DNA of 64,000 nucleotides from Pavona decussata (taxonomy: Eukaryota). Made by a program: the position numbers and the translations under genes. The notes beneath the pieces are model-generated. The model was not told the origin of the DNA, searched no databases, and saw only the letters and a list, made by a program, of their open reading frames with translations. The DNA is taken from the NCBI GenBank assembly GCA_977016875.1, contig CDRNST010000119.1:868001-932000 (forward strand), written 5' to 3'. This document shows positions 1-12,900 of this stretch, piece by piece (the stretch's first letter is position 1; the number at the start of each line of letters is the position of its first letter).

Positions 1-1206
1 AAATAGCATCTAGATTCTGAGCTCTCTCTCTGAAGGACATGTGGAGAACATAAACCAGAATTCTTTCAAGGGTCTTCCGTAATGGTCTGTAGGCTCGTTT
101 CTTCCACCTCTGGAAGCTGGTAACAAAACTGTGCTTTTTCTTTATGAACAAATGAATCAAGGAAAAAGTGCACTGCCAGCATGGACCAGTGGCCTTTAAA
201 TAGCTTGAGAACATTGCCTGTGTCGTCATTCCTGGCATAGTGAACAGCACAGAGTTCAGGCGCATCCACACGATTTAATATTGTGTACAATGCGTTTTCC
301 AAGGGTGTATCACTGGCTGGGTTTCCTCCAAGAATTATGCCATCACTGTCGTTTACCACAACTGTGTCGAGGTATGCAAAACATCCAAACGACCCCTTTC
401 TGGAACAGAGGCTTGATAAGCACTTTGATCCAAGTATGGCTGGTGAAGCTCATCTCCAACTTTACACTCTGTGTAGTATGTCTGGAACAGCTTGTAACGC
501 ATTTTTCACTTTCCTGTTGGTTAAGTGACTGAGCGGCTCATTACTAAACTCCAAAATCGGGAACTGTTGGACATTCTTATGCACCTTCATAGCATCACCC
601 AGGGCCGAGGCAGGGCTTCCAATGTCAATCTTCTCGTATAGAACTACAGCTATTCGAGGCCGCCTTGCTCATTGAGAAGCTGTTTTTTGCGATTCTGGTG
701 CATCTTCTGGTTCGCCTGGCAAGGCCTTCATGGCTGTGCTAATCAGCTTGCCAACCTCACACGTTAGCTGAATGTTGAGTTAAAATTTCTGCTGTATGGC
801 CAGGCATAATTTATTTAGAACCTAAACAAAAAAATGTACAACTTACTCACCCATGGCTAGAGCTGTGTTTATTACCATAATGGTTATCATCATCATCGTG
901 TCTTTTATTTAAACACAATAAAATTCGCGTCAAAAATTATATTCTCTTACTTCTTAGCCCTATAAAAAGAAAACTGTTTTTGTCTTGGAAATACAACGCT
1001 GTACCTCGTTCCTGTACTTTGCAACAAGAAAGCCCGTTTCTGGGACTTTTTAGTTTAAATCGGTTAAAATAATAACATTATTTCATTTTGAGTCACATCA
1101 ATTTAAGACATTTGTTTTCTTTATCTGCTGAGCAACAACAATGGTTGAGGCATTTGTTGCACTTACTATGCGACAACTTACTAAGATGGAGAGTGCGTGT
1201 ATTGCC

Positions 1207-3558
1207 TCATGCCTTATTTGCATCCTGCAATGTTGCTGGGAAATTTTCCGGAGCTCTTTTGATGGTGCTCAACTGGTCGTCAGAGAAAAGTGTTTTCCAG
1301 TGTCTTCCGTCTTCTGTGTAGCAAACAAGAAGTTCTTCATTTGCACGGATATTTCGCTTTGACTTGTTTCAAAGGAAACCCTTTCGCTTGGGAAACTGGC
1401 AGTTACCACGTTCAGCTATCAGCCTAGAGAACTTGGATCCTGCCAAGGAAAAAGGAAACAATCCGTCATTGCAATTTTTCCCCAACCCTGTTTCGTACTC
1501 CTTTTCTGTGCTGTCAGTGTCCACGGAAAATCCCTTTTTTTTGGACAGTCACAAGGTAATCCCCAGATCTATTCGGATCATGCCAGCCTACAGTAGCTGT
1601 TGGTGCATAGGCAGAAACAAATGTGTCGGTAGGTATTGCTCAAACAGTAAAGAGCCCAGTGCCTGTACTTGCACCACCGATACCAATGCAAGTACTTTCA
1701 CGAACCTGCAAGTGGTCCTCTGCTGTAGAAACAGGGGAATAATGGTGTCGCTCGCAATTTCTAAAATGGAAAAAATGAATAAATGAAGAATGATGTAATT
1801 AATAGTAAAGTAGAAAACTTGACTATTAATTTTGACAATTTTCCTGTCACCTGTCCTTTTTCTGGGAGCTTAACGAGACGTGCTGTCCAAATGCAAACAT
1901 AGCATAAACTACGACGTCTTTTGATCTAGTTCAAATAAAATGCTTTTGTAAGATGTTTTGGCACTACCTGTTTGGAAGAAGCGGAGTAAAATTTACTTAT
2001 CTTTTTCACAGTAAATGCAAAGACATCGTAATTGTAATCGTAATTACAGATGTTGGTGAGTGTTAGTACAATTAGTATTTGTATTATAAAGGCTGCTTTC
2101 TCTCTTATACTTGAATAGAGATACGATTATAAAAATACTCTAAACTTAACCAACAAAAGCATAAGTTAATGATCAGATTAGAGATTTCCGTTTTATATAA
2201 TTGAATAAGGGACTTGTTGTTTTTTTTTTACAGGAAGATAACAAGAGGCTGTTCTTTTTGTTGCCCGGAGTCAGCATCAATGTACATTCCATAGACAGGA
2301 CTCTCAGACTGGAATTGTGCACGAAGGTGTTTCTGTACCATTTGTCTACTGAAACCATAGACTTTCTGTTCTAGTTCCCTCTCATGCCAAGGTAATAAAG
2401 CAATCAGACGGCCTTCGTGCTGTATCCATTCAGGATATCCTCCTTGTCACAACTGGCCAATATTAACAATGGAACTCTGACAAGACAACGTCATAAGTTG
2501 TATCAACATCAATTCCAATCAAATGGTTTATGGTGAAACTGCAGTTCAGAGGCCCAATGTGCTGCTCTCTTGCTATCCTCTGAAGGGCTAGCACGGGATT
2601 ATCATAGCAGAACCTTATGAAGGCATGGCAATGTAGCGCCAGTAATGCATTCAGACTGAGATGGAATGGTCATCCCTCTTTTGCAATCTTGGGATCAAAA
2701 GGGGACATTAAAACCAACTTCTCCACACAGGTGCAGAAAATAGCATCTAGATTCTGAGCTCTCTCTCTGAAGGACATGTGGAGAACATAAACCAGAATTC
2801 TTTCAAGGGTCTTCCGTAATGGTCTGTAGGCTCGTTTCTTCCACCTCTGGAAGCTGGTAACAAAACTGTGCTTTTTCTTTATGAACAAATGAATCAAGGA
2901 AAAAGTGCACTGCCAGCATGGACCAGTGGCCTTTAAATAGCTTGAGAACATTGCCTGTGTCGTCATTCCTGGCATAGTGAACAGCACAGAGTTCAGGCGC
3001 ATCCACACGATTTAATATTGTGTACAATGCGTTTTCCAAGGGTGTATCACTGGCTGGGTTTCCTCCAAGAATTATGCCATCACTGTCGTTTACCACAACT
3101 GTGTCGAGGTATGCAAAACATCCAAACGACCCCTTTCTGGAACAGAGGCTTGATAAGCACTTTGATCCAAGTATGGCTGGTGAAGCTCATCTCCAACTTT
3201 ACACTCTGTGTAGTATGTCTGGAACAGCTTGTAACGCATTTTTCACTTTCCTGTTGGTTAAGTGACTGAGCGGCTCATTACTAAACTCCAAAATCGGGAA
3301 CTGTTGGACATTCTTATGCACCTTCATAGCATCACCCAGGGCCGAGGCAGGGCTTCCAATGTCAATCTTCTCGTATAGAACTACAGCTATTCGAGGCCGC
3401 CTTGCTCATTGAGAAGCTGTTTTTTGCGATTCTGGTGCATCTTCTGGTTCGCCTGGCAAGGCCTTCATGGCTGTGCTAATCAGCTTGCCAACCTCACACG
3501 TTAGCTGAATGTTGAGTTAAAATTTCTGCTGTATGGCCAGGCATAATTTATTTAGAAC
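1207..3558 (-). pseudogene. Three-exon SET-domain pseudogene (first complete copy in the array)
   Basis: Manual minus-strand translation. Exons ~3558-2232, 1967-1851 (117 nt) and 1760-~1207 have GT..AG introns that join in frame (phase 2/2). The last exon reads HLQVRESTCIGIGGASTGTGLFTV*AIPTDTFVSAY...DYLVT...GLGKNCND...NCQF...FL*NKSKRNIRANEELLVCYTEDGRHW, matching SET motifs GxGLF, RxxNH-like and I..GEEL...Y. Multiple stops and frameshifts are present. Confidence 0.8.
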
Positions 3559-3943
3559 CTAAACAAAAAAATGTACAACTTACTCACCCATGGCTAGAGC
3601 TGTGTTTATTACCATAATGGTTATCATCATCATCGTGTCTTTTATTTAAACACAATAAAATTCGCGTCAAAAATTATATTCTCTTACTTCTTAGCCCTAT
3701 AAAAAGAAAACTGTTTTTGTCTTGGAAATACAACGCTGTACCTCGTTCCTGTACTTTGCAACAAGAAAGCCCGTTTCTGGGACTTTTTAGTTTAAATCGG
3801 TTAAAATAATAACATTATTTCATTTTGAGTCACATCAATTTAAGACATTTGTTTTCTTTATCTGCTGAGCAACAACAATGGTTGAGGCATTTGTTGCACT
3901 TACTATGCGACAACTTACTAAGATGGAGAGTGCGTGTATTGCC

Positions 3944-6900
3944 TCATGCCTTATTTGCATCCTGCAATGTTGCTGGGAAATTTTCCGGAGCTCTTTTGAT
4001 GGTGCTCAACTGGTCGTCAGAGAAAAGTGTTTTCCAGTGTCTTCCGTCTTCTGTGTAGCAAACAAGAAGTTCTTCATTTGCACGGATATTTCGCTTTGAC
4101 TTGTTTCAAAGGAAACCCTTTCGCTTGGGAAACTGGCAGTTACCACGTTCAGCTATCAGCCTAGAGAACTTGGATCCTGCCAAGGAAAAAGGAAACAATC
4201 CGTCATTGCAATTTTTCCCCAACCCTGTTTCGTACTCCTTTTCTGTGCTGTCAGTGTCCACGGAAAATCCCTTTTTTTTGGACAGTCACAAGGTAATCCC
4301 CAGATCTATTCGGATCATGCCAGCCTACAGTAGCTGTTGGTGCATAGGCAGAAACAAATGTGTCGGTAGGTATTGCTCAAACAGTAAAGAGCCCAGTGCC
4401 TGTACTTGCACCACCGATACCAATGCAAGTACTTTCACGAACCTGCAAGTGGTCCTCTGCTGTAGAAACAGGGGAATAATGGTGTCGCTCGCAATTTCTA
4501 AAATGGAAAAAATGAATAAATGAAGAATGATGTAATTAATAGTAAAGTAGAAAACTTGACTATTAATTTTGACAATTTTCCTGTCACCTGTCCTTTTTCT
4601 GGGAGCTTAACGAGACGTGCTGTCCAAATGCAAACATAGCATAAACTACGACGTCTTTTGATCTAGTTCAAATAAAATGCTTTTGTAAGATGTTTTGGCA
4701 CTACCTGTTTGGAAGAAGCGGAGTAAAATTTACTTATCTTTTTCACAGTAAATGCAAAGACATCGTAATTGTAATCGTAATTACAGATGTTGGTGAGTGT
4801 TAGTACAATTAGTATTTGTATTATAAAGGCTGCTTTCTCTCTTATACTTGAATAGAGATACGATTATAAAAATACTCTAAACTTAACCAACAAAAGCATA
4901 AGTTAATGATCAGATTAGAGATTTCCGTTTTATATAATTGAATAAGGGACTTGTTGTTTTTTTTTTACAGGAAGGTAACAAGAGGCTGTTCTTTTTGTTG
5001 CCTGGAGTCAGCATCAATGTACATTCCATAGACAGGACTCTCAGACTGGAATTGTGCACGAAGGTGTTTCTGTACCATTTGTCTACTGAAACCATAGACT
5101 TTCTGTTCTAGTTCCCTCTCATGCCAAGGTAATAAAGCAATCAGACGGCCTTCGTGCTGTATCCATTCAGGATATCCTCCTTGTCACAACTGGCCAATAT
5201 TAACAATGGAACTCTGACAAGACAACGTCACAAGTTGTATCAACATCAATTCCAATCAAATGGTTTATGGTGAAACTGCAGTTCAGAGGCCCAATGTGCT
5301 GCTCTCTTGCTATCCTCTGAAGGGCTAGCACGGGATTATCATAGCAGAACCTTATGAAGGCATGGCAATGTAGCGCCAGTAATGCATTCAGACTGAGATG
5401 GAATGGTCATCCCTCTTTTGCAATCTTGGGATCAAAAGGGGACATTTAAACCAACTTCTCCACACAGGTGCAGAAAATAGCATCTAGATTCTGAGCTCTC
5501 TCTCTGAAGGACATGTGGAGAACATAAACCAGAATTCTTTCAAGGGTCTTCCGTAATGGTCTGTAGGCTCGTTTCTTCCACCTCTGGAAGCTGGTAACAA
5601 AACTGTGCTTTTTCTTTATGAACAAATGAATCAAGGAAAAAGTGCACTGCCAGCATGGACCAGTGGCCTTTAAATAGCTTGAGAACATTGCCTGTGTCGT
5701 CATTCCTGGCATAGTGAACAGCACAGAGTTCAGGCGCATCCACACGATTTAATATTGTGTACAATGCGTTTTCCAAGGGTGTATCACTGGCTGGGTTTCC
5801 TCCAAGAATTATGCCATCACTGTCGTTTACCACAACTGTGTCGAGGTATGCAAAACATCCAAACGACCCCTTTCTGGAACAGAGGCTTGATAAGCACTTT
5901 GATCCAAGTATGGCTGGTGAAGCTCATCTCCAACTTTACACTCTGTGTAGTATGTCTGGAACAGCTTGTAACGCATTTTTCACTTTCCTGTTGGTTAAGT
6001 GACTGAGCGGCTCATTACTAAACTCCAAAATCGGGAACTGTTGGACATTCTTATGCACCTTCATAGCATCACCCAGGGCCGAGGCAGGGCTTCCAATGTC
6101 AATCTTCTCGTATAGAACTACAGCTATTCGAGGCCGCCTTGCTCATTGAGAAGCTGTTTTTTGCGATTCTGGTGCATCTTCTGGTTCGCCTGGCAAGGCC
6201 TTCATGGCTGTGCTAATCAGCTTGCCAACCTCACACGTTAGCTGAATGTTGAGTTAAAATTTCTGCTGTATGGCCAGGCATAATTTATTTAGAACCTAAA
6301 CAAAAAAATGTACAACTTACTCACCCATGGCTAGAGCTGTGTTTATTACCATAATGGTTATCATCATCATCGTGTCTTTTATTTAAACACAATAAAATTC
6401 GCGTCAAAAATTATATTCTCTTACTTCTTAGCCCTATAAAAAGAAAACTGTTTTTGTCTTGGAAATACAACGCTGTACCTCGTTCCTGTACTTTGCAACA
6501 AGAAAGCCCGTTTCTGGGACTTTTTAGTTTAAATCGGTTAAAATAATAACATTATTTCATTTTGAGTCACATCAATTTAAGACATTTGTTTTCTTTATCT
6601 GCTGAGCAACAACAATGGTTGAGGCATTTGTTGCACTTACTATGCGACAACTTACTAAGATGGAGAGTGCGTGTATTGCCTCATGCCTTATTTGCATCCT
6701 GCAATGTTGCTGGGAAATTTTCCGGAGCTCTTTTGATGGTGCTCAACTGGTCGTCAGAGAAAAGTGTTTTCCAGTGTCTTCCGTCTTCTGTGTAGCAAAC
6801 AAGAAGTTCTTCATTTGCACGGATATTTCGCTTTGACTTGTTTCAAAGGAAACCCTTTCGCTTGGGAAACTGGCAGTTACCACGTTCAGCTATCAGCCTA

Positions 6901-9900
6901 GAGAACTTGGATCCTGCCAAGGAAAAAGGAAACAATCCGTCATTGCAATTTTTCCCCAACCCTGTTTCGTACTCCTTTTCTGTGCTGTCAGTGTCCACGG
7001 AAAATCCCTTTTTTTTGGACAGTCACAAGGTAATCCCCAGATCTATTCGGATCATGCCAGCCTACAGTAGCTGTTGGTGCATAGGCAGAAACAAATGTGT
7101 CGGTAGGTATTGCTCAAACAGTAAAGAGCCCAGTGCCTGTACTTGCACCACCGATACCAATGCAAGTACTTTCACGAACCTGCAAGTGGTCCTCTGCTGT
7201 AGAAACAGGGGAATAATGGTGTCGCTCGCAATTTCTAAAATGGAAAAAATGAATAAATGAAGAATGATGTAATTAATAGTAAAGTAGAAAACTTGACTAT
7301 TAATTTTGACAATTTTCCTGTCACCTGTCCTTTTTCTGGGAGCTTAACGAGACGTGCTGTCCAAATGCAAACATAGCATAAACTACGACGTCTTTTGATC
7401 TAGTTCAAATAAAATGCTTTTGTAAGATGTTTTGGCACTACCTGTTTGGAAGAAGCGGAGTAAAATTTACTTATCTTTTTCACAGTAAATGCAAAGACAT
7501 CGTAATTGTAATCGTAATTACAGATGTTGGTGAGTGTTAGTACAATTAGTATTTGTATTATAAAGGCTGCTTTCTCTCTTATACTTGAATAGAGATACGA
7601 TTATAAAAATACTCTAAACTTAACCAACAAAAGCATAAGTTAATGATCAGATTAGAGATTTCCGTTTTATATAATTGAATAAGGGACTTGTTGTTTTTTT
7701 TTTACAGGAAGATAACAAGAGGCTGTTCTTTTTGTTGCCCGGAGTCAGCATCAATGTACATTCCATAGACAGGACTCTCAGACTGGAATTGTGCACGAAG
7801 GTGTTTCTGTACCATTTGTCTACTGAAACCATAGACTTTCTGTTCTAGTTCCCTCTCATGCCAAGGTAATAAAGCAATCAGACGGCCTTCGTGCTGTATC
7901 CATTCAGGATATCCTCCTTGTCACAACTGGCCAATATTAACAATGGAACTCTGACAAGACAACGTCATAAGTTGTATCAACATCAATTCCAATCAAATGG
8001 TTTATGGTGAAACTGCAGTTCAGAGGCCCAATGTGCTGCTCTCTTGCTATCCTCTGAAGGGCTAGCACGGGATTATCATAGCAGAACCTTATGAAGGCAT
8101 GGCAATGTAGCGCCAGTAATGCATTCAGACTGAGATGGAATGGTCATCCCTCTTTTGCAATCTTGGGATCAAAAGGGGACATTAAAACCAACTTCTCCAC
8201 ACAGGTGCAGAAAATAGCATCTAGATTCTGAGCTCTCTCTCTGAAGGACATGTGGAGAACATAAACCAGAATTCTTTCAAGGGTCTTCCGTAATGGTCTG
8301 TAGGCTCGTTTCTTCCACCTCTGGAAGCTGGTAACAAAACTGTGCTTTTTCTTTATGAACAAATGAATCAAGGAAAAAGTGCACTGCCAGCATGGACCAG
8401 TGGCCTTTAAATAGCTTGAGAACATTGCCTGTGTCGTCATTCCTGGCATAGTGAACAGCACAGAGTTCAGGCGCATCCACACGATTTAATATTGTGTACA
8501 ATGCGTTTTCCAAGGGTGTATCACTGGCTGGGTTTCCTCCAAGAATTATGCCATCACTGTCGTTTACCACAACTGTGTCGAGGTATGCAAAACATCCAAA
8601 CGACCCCTTTCTGGAACAGAGGCTTGATAAGCACTTTGATCCAAGTATGGCTGGTGAAGCTCATCTCCAACTTTACACTCTGTGTAGTATGTCTGGAACA
8701 GCTTGTAACGCATTTTTCACTTTCCTGTTGGTTAAGTGACTGAGCGGCTCATTACTAAACTCCAAAATCGGGAACTGTTGGACATTCTTATGCACCTTCA
8801 TAGCATCACCCAGGGCCGAGGCAGGGCTTCCAATGTCAATCTTCTCGTATAGAACTACAGCTATTCGAGGCCGCCTTGCTCATTGAGAAGCTGTTTTTTG
8901 CGATTCTGGTGCATCTTCTGGTTCGCCTGGCAAGGCCTTCATGGCTGTGCTAATCAGCTTGCCAACCTCACACGTTAGCTGAATGTTGAGTTAAAATTTC
9001 TGCTGTATGGCCAGGCATAATTTATTTAGAACCTAAACAAAAAAATGTACAACTTACTCACCCATGGCTAGAGCTGTGTTTATTACCATAATGGTTATCA
9101 TCATCATCGTGTCTTTTATTTAAACACAATAAAATTCGCGTCAAAAATTATATTCTCTTACTTCTTAGCCCTATAAAAAGAAAACTGTTTTTGTCTTGGA
9201 AATACAACGCTGTACCTCGTTCCTGTACTTTGCAACAAGAAAGCCCGTTTCTGGGACTTTTTAGTTTAAATCGGTTAAAATAATAACATTATTTCATTTT
9301 GAGTCACATCAATTTAAGACATTTGTTTTCTTTATCTGCTGAGCAACAACAATGGTTGAGGCATTTGTTGCACTTACTATGCGACAACTTACTAAGATGG
9401 AGAGTGCGTGTATTGCCTCATGCCTTATTTGCATCCTGCAATGTTGCTGGGAAATTTTCCGGAGCTCTTTTGATGGTGCTCAACTGGTCGTCAGAGAAAA
9501 GTGTTTTCCAGTGTCTTCCGTCTTCTGTGTAGCAAACAAGAAGTTCTTCATTTGCACGGATATTTCGCTTTGACTTGTTTCAAAGGAAACCCTTTCGCTT
9601 GGGAAACTGGCAGTTACCACGTTCAGCTATCAGCCTAGAGAACTTGGATCCTGCCAAGGAAAAAGGAAACAATCCGTCATTGCAATTTTTCCCCAACCCT
9701 GTTTCGTACTCCTTTTCTGTGCTGTCAGTGTCCACGGAAAATCCCTTTTTTTTGGACAGTCACAAGGTAATCCCCAGATCTATTCGGATCATGCCAGCCT
9801 ACAGTAGCTGTTGGTGCATAGGCAGAAACAAATGTGTCGGTAGGTATTGCTCAAACAGTAAAGAGCCCAGTGCCTGTACTTGCACCACCGATACCAATGC

Positions 9901-12900
9901 AAGTACTTTCACGAACCTGCAAGTGGTCCTCTGCTGTAGAAACAGGGGAATAATGGTGTCGCTCGCAATTTCTAAAATGGAAAAAATGAATAAATGAAGA
10001 ATGATGTAATTAATAGTAAAGTAGAAAACTTGACTATTAATTTTGACAATTTTCCTGTCACCTGTCCTTTTTCTGGGAGCTTAACGAGACGTGCTGTCCA
10101 AATGCAAACATAGCATAAACTACGACGTCTTTTGATCTAGTTCAAATAAAATGCTTTTGTAAGATGTTTTGGCACTACCTGTTTGGAAGAAGCGGAGTAA
10201 AATTTACTTATCTTTTTCACAGTAAATGCAAAGACATCGTAATTGTAATCGTAATTACAGATGTTGGTGAGTGTTAGTACAATTAGTATTTGTATTATAA
10301 AGGCTGCTTTCTCTCTTATACTTGAATAGAGATACGATTATAAAAATACTCTAAACTTAACCAACAAAAGCATAAGTTAATGATCAGATTAGAGATTTCC
10401 GTTTTATATAATTGAATAAGGGACTTGTTGTTTTTTTTTTACAGGAAGGTAACAAGAGGCTGTTCTTTTTGTTGCCTGGAGTCAGCATCAATGTACATTC
10501 CATAGACAGGACTCTCAGACTGGAATTGTGCACGAAGGTGTTTCTGTACCATTTGTCTACTGAAACCATAGACTTTCTGTTCTAGTTCCCTCTCATGCCA
10601 AGGTAATAAAGCAATCAGACGGCCTTCGTGCTGTATCCATTCAGGATATCCTCCTTGTCACAACTGGCCAATATTAACAATGGAACTCTGACAAGACAAC
10701 GTCACAAGTTGTATCAACATCAATTCCAATCAAATGGTTTATGGTGAAACTGCAGTTCAGAGGCCCAATGTGCTGCTCTCTTGCTATCCTCTGAAGGGCT
10801 AGCACGGGATTATCATAGCAGAACCTTATGAAGGCATGGCAATGTAGCGCCAGTAATGCATTCAGACTGAGATGGAATGGTCATCCCTCTTTTGCAATCT
10901 TGGGATCAAAAGGGGACATTTAAACCAACTTCTCCACACAGGTGCAGAAAATAGCATCTAGATTCTGAGCTCTCTCTCTGAAGGACATGTGGAGAACATA
11001 AACCAGAATTCTTTCAAGGGTCTTCCGTAATGGTCTGTAGGCTCGTTTCTTCCACCTCTGGAAGCTGGTAACAAAACTGTGCTTTTTCTTTATGAACAAA
11101 TGAATCAAGGAAAAAGTGCACTGCCAGCATGGACCAGTGGCCTTTAAATAGCTTGAGAACATTGCCTGTGTCGTCATTCCTGGCATAGTGAACAGCACAG
11201 AGTTCAGGCGCATCCACACGATTTAATATTGTGTACAATGCGTTTTCCAAGGGTGTATCACTGGCTGGGTTTCCTCCAAGAATTATGCCATCACTGTCGT
11301 TTACCACAACTGTGTCGAGGTATGCAAAACATCCAAACGACCCCTTTCTGGAACAGAGGCTTGATAAGCACTTTGATCCAAGTATGGCTGGTGAAGCTCA
11401 TCTCCAACTTTACACTCTGTGTAGTATGTCTGGAACAGCTTGTAACGCATTTTTCACTTTCCTGTTGGTTAAGTGACTGAGCGGCTCATTACTAAACTCC
11501 AAAATCGGGAACTGTTGGACATTCTTATGCACCTTCATAGCATCACCCAGGGCCGAGGCAGGGCTTCCAATGTCAATCTTCTCGTATAGAACTACAGCTA
11601 TTCGAGGCCGCCTTGCTCATTGAGAAGCTGTTTTTTGCGATTCTGGTGCATCTTCTGGTTCGCCTGGCAAGGCCTTCATGGCTGTGCTAATCAGCTTGCC
11701 AACCTCACACGTTAGCTGAATGTTGAGTTAAAATTTCTGCTGTATGGCCAGGCATAATTTATTTAGAACCTAAACAAAAAAATGTACAACTTACTCACCC
11801 ATGGCTAGAGCTGTGTTTATTACCATAATGGTTATCATCATCATCGTGTCTTTTATTTAAACACAATAAAATTCGCGTCAAAAATTATATTCTCTTACTT
11901 CTTAGCCCTATAAAAAGAAAACTGTTTTTGTCTTGGAAATACAACGCTGTACCTCGTTCCTGTACTTTGCAACAAGAAAGCCCGTTTCTGGGACTTTTTA
12001 GTTTAAATCGGTTAAAATAATAACATTATTTCATTTTGAGTCACATCAATTTAAGACATTTGTTTTCTTTATCTGCTGAGCAACAACAATGGTTGAGGCA
12101 TTTGTTGCACTTACTATGCGACAACTTACTAAGATGGAGAGTGCGTGTATTGCCTCATGCCTTATTTGCATCCTGCAATGTTGCTGGGAAATTTTCCGGA
12201 GCTCTTTTGATGGTGCTCAACTGGTCGTCAGAGAAAAGTGTTTTCCAGTGTCTTCCGTCTTCTGTGTAGCAAACAAGAAGTTCTTCATTTGCACGGATAT
12301 TTCGCTTTGACTTGTTTCAAAGGAAACCCTTTCGCTTGGGAAACTGGCAGTTACCACGTTCAGCTATCAGCCTAGAGAACTTGGATCCTGCCAAGGAAAA
12401 AGGAAACAATCCGTCATTGCAATTTTTCCCCAACCCTGTTTCGTACTCCTTTTCTGTGCTGTCAGTGTCCACGGAAAATCCCTTTTTTTTGGACAGTCAC
12501 AAGGTAATCCCCAGATCTATTCGGATCATGCCAGCCTACAGTAGCTGTTGGTGCATAGGCAGAAACAAATGTGTCGGTAGGTATTGCTCAAACAGTAAAG
12601 AGCCCAGTGCCTGTACTTGCACCACCGATACCAATGCAAGTACTTTCACGAACCTGCAAGTGGTCCTCTGCTGTAGAAACAGGGGAATAATGGTGTCGCT
12701 CGCAATTTCTAAAATGGAAAAAATGAATAAATGAAGAATGATGTAATTAATAGTAAAGTAGAAAACTTGACTATTAATTTTGACAATTTTCCTGTCACCT
12801 GTCCTTTTTCTGGGAGCTTAACGAGACGTGCTGTCCAAATGCAAACATAGCATAAACTACGACGTCTTTTGATCTAGTTCAAATAAAATGCTTTTGTAAG

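Noticed and set aside
822-851. Strong donor-like ATGG|gtgagtaagt just upstream of the SET gene's large exon
   Set aside because: The implied intron would be only ~30 nt, too short to accept without transcript evidence.
281-1786. Plus-strand ORFs (73-140 aa) repeated in every array unit
   Set aside because: They are antisense shadows of the minus-strand SET pseudogene and have no recognisable motifs.
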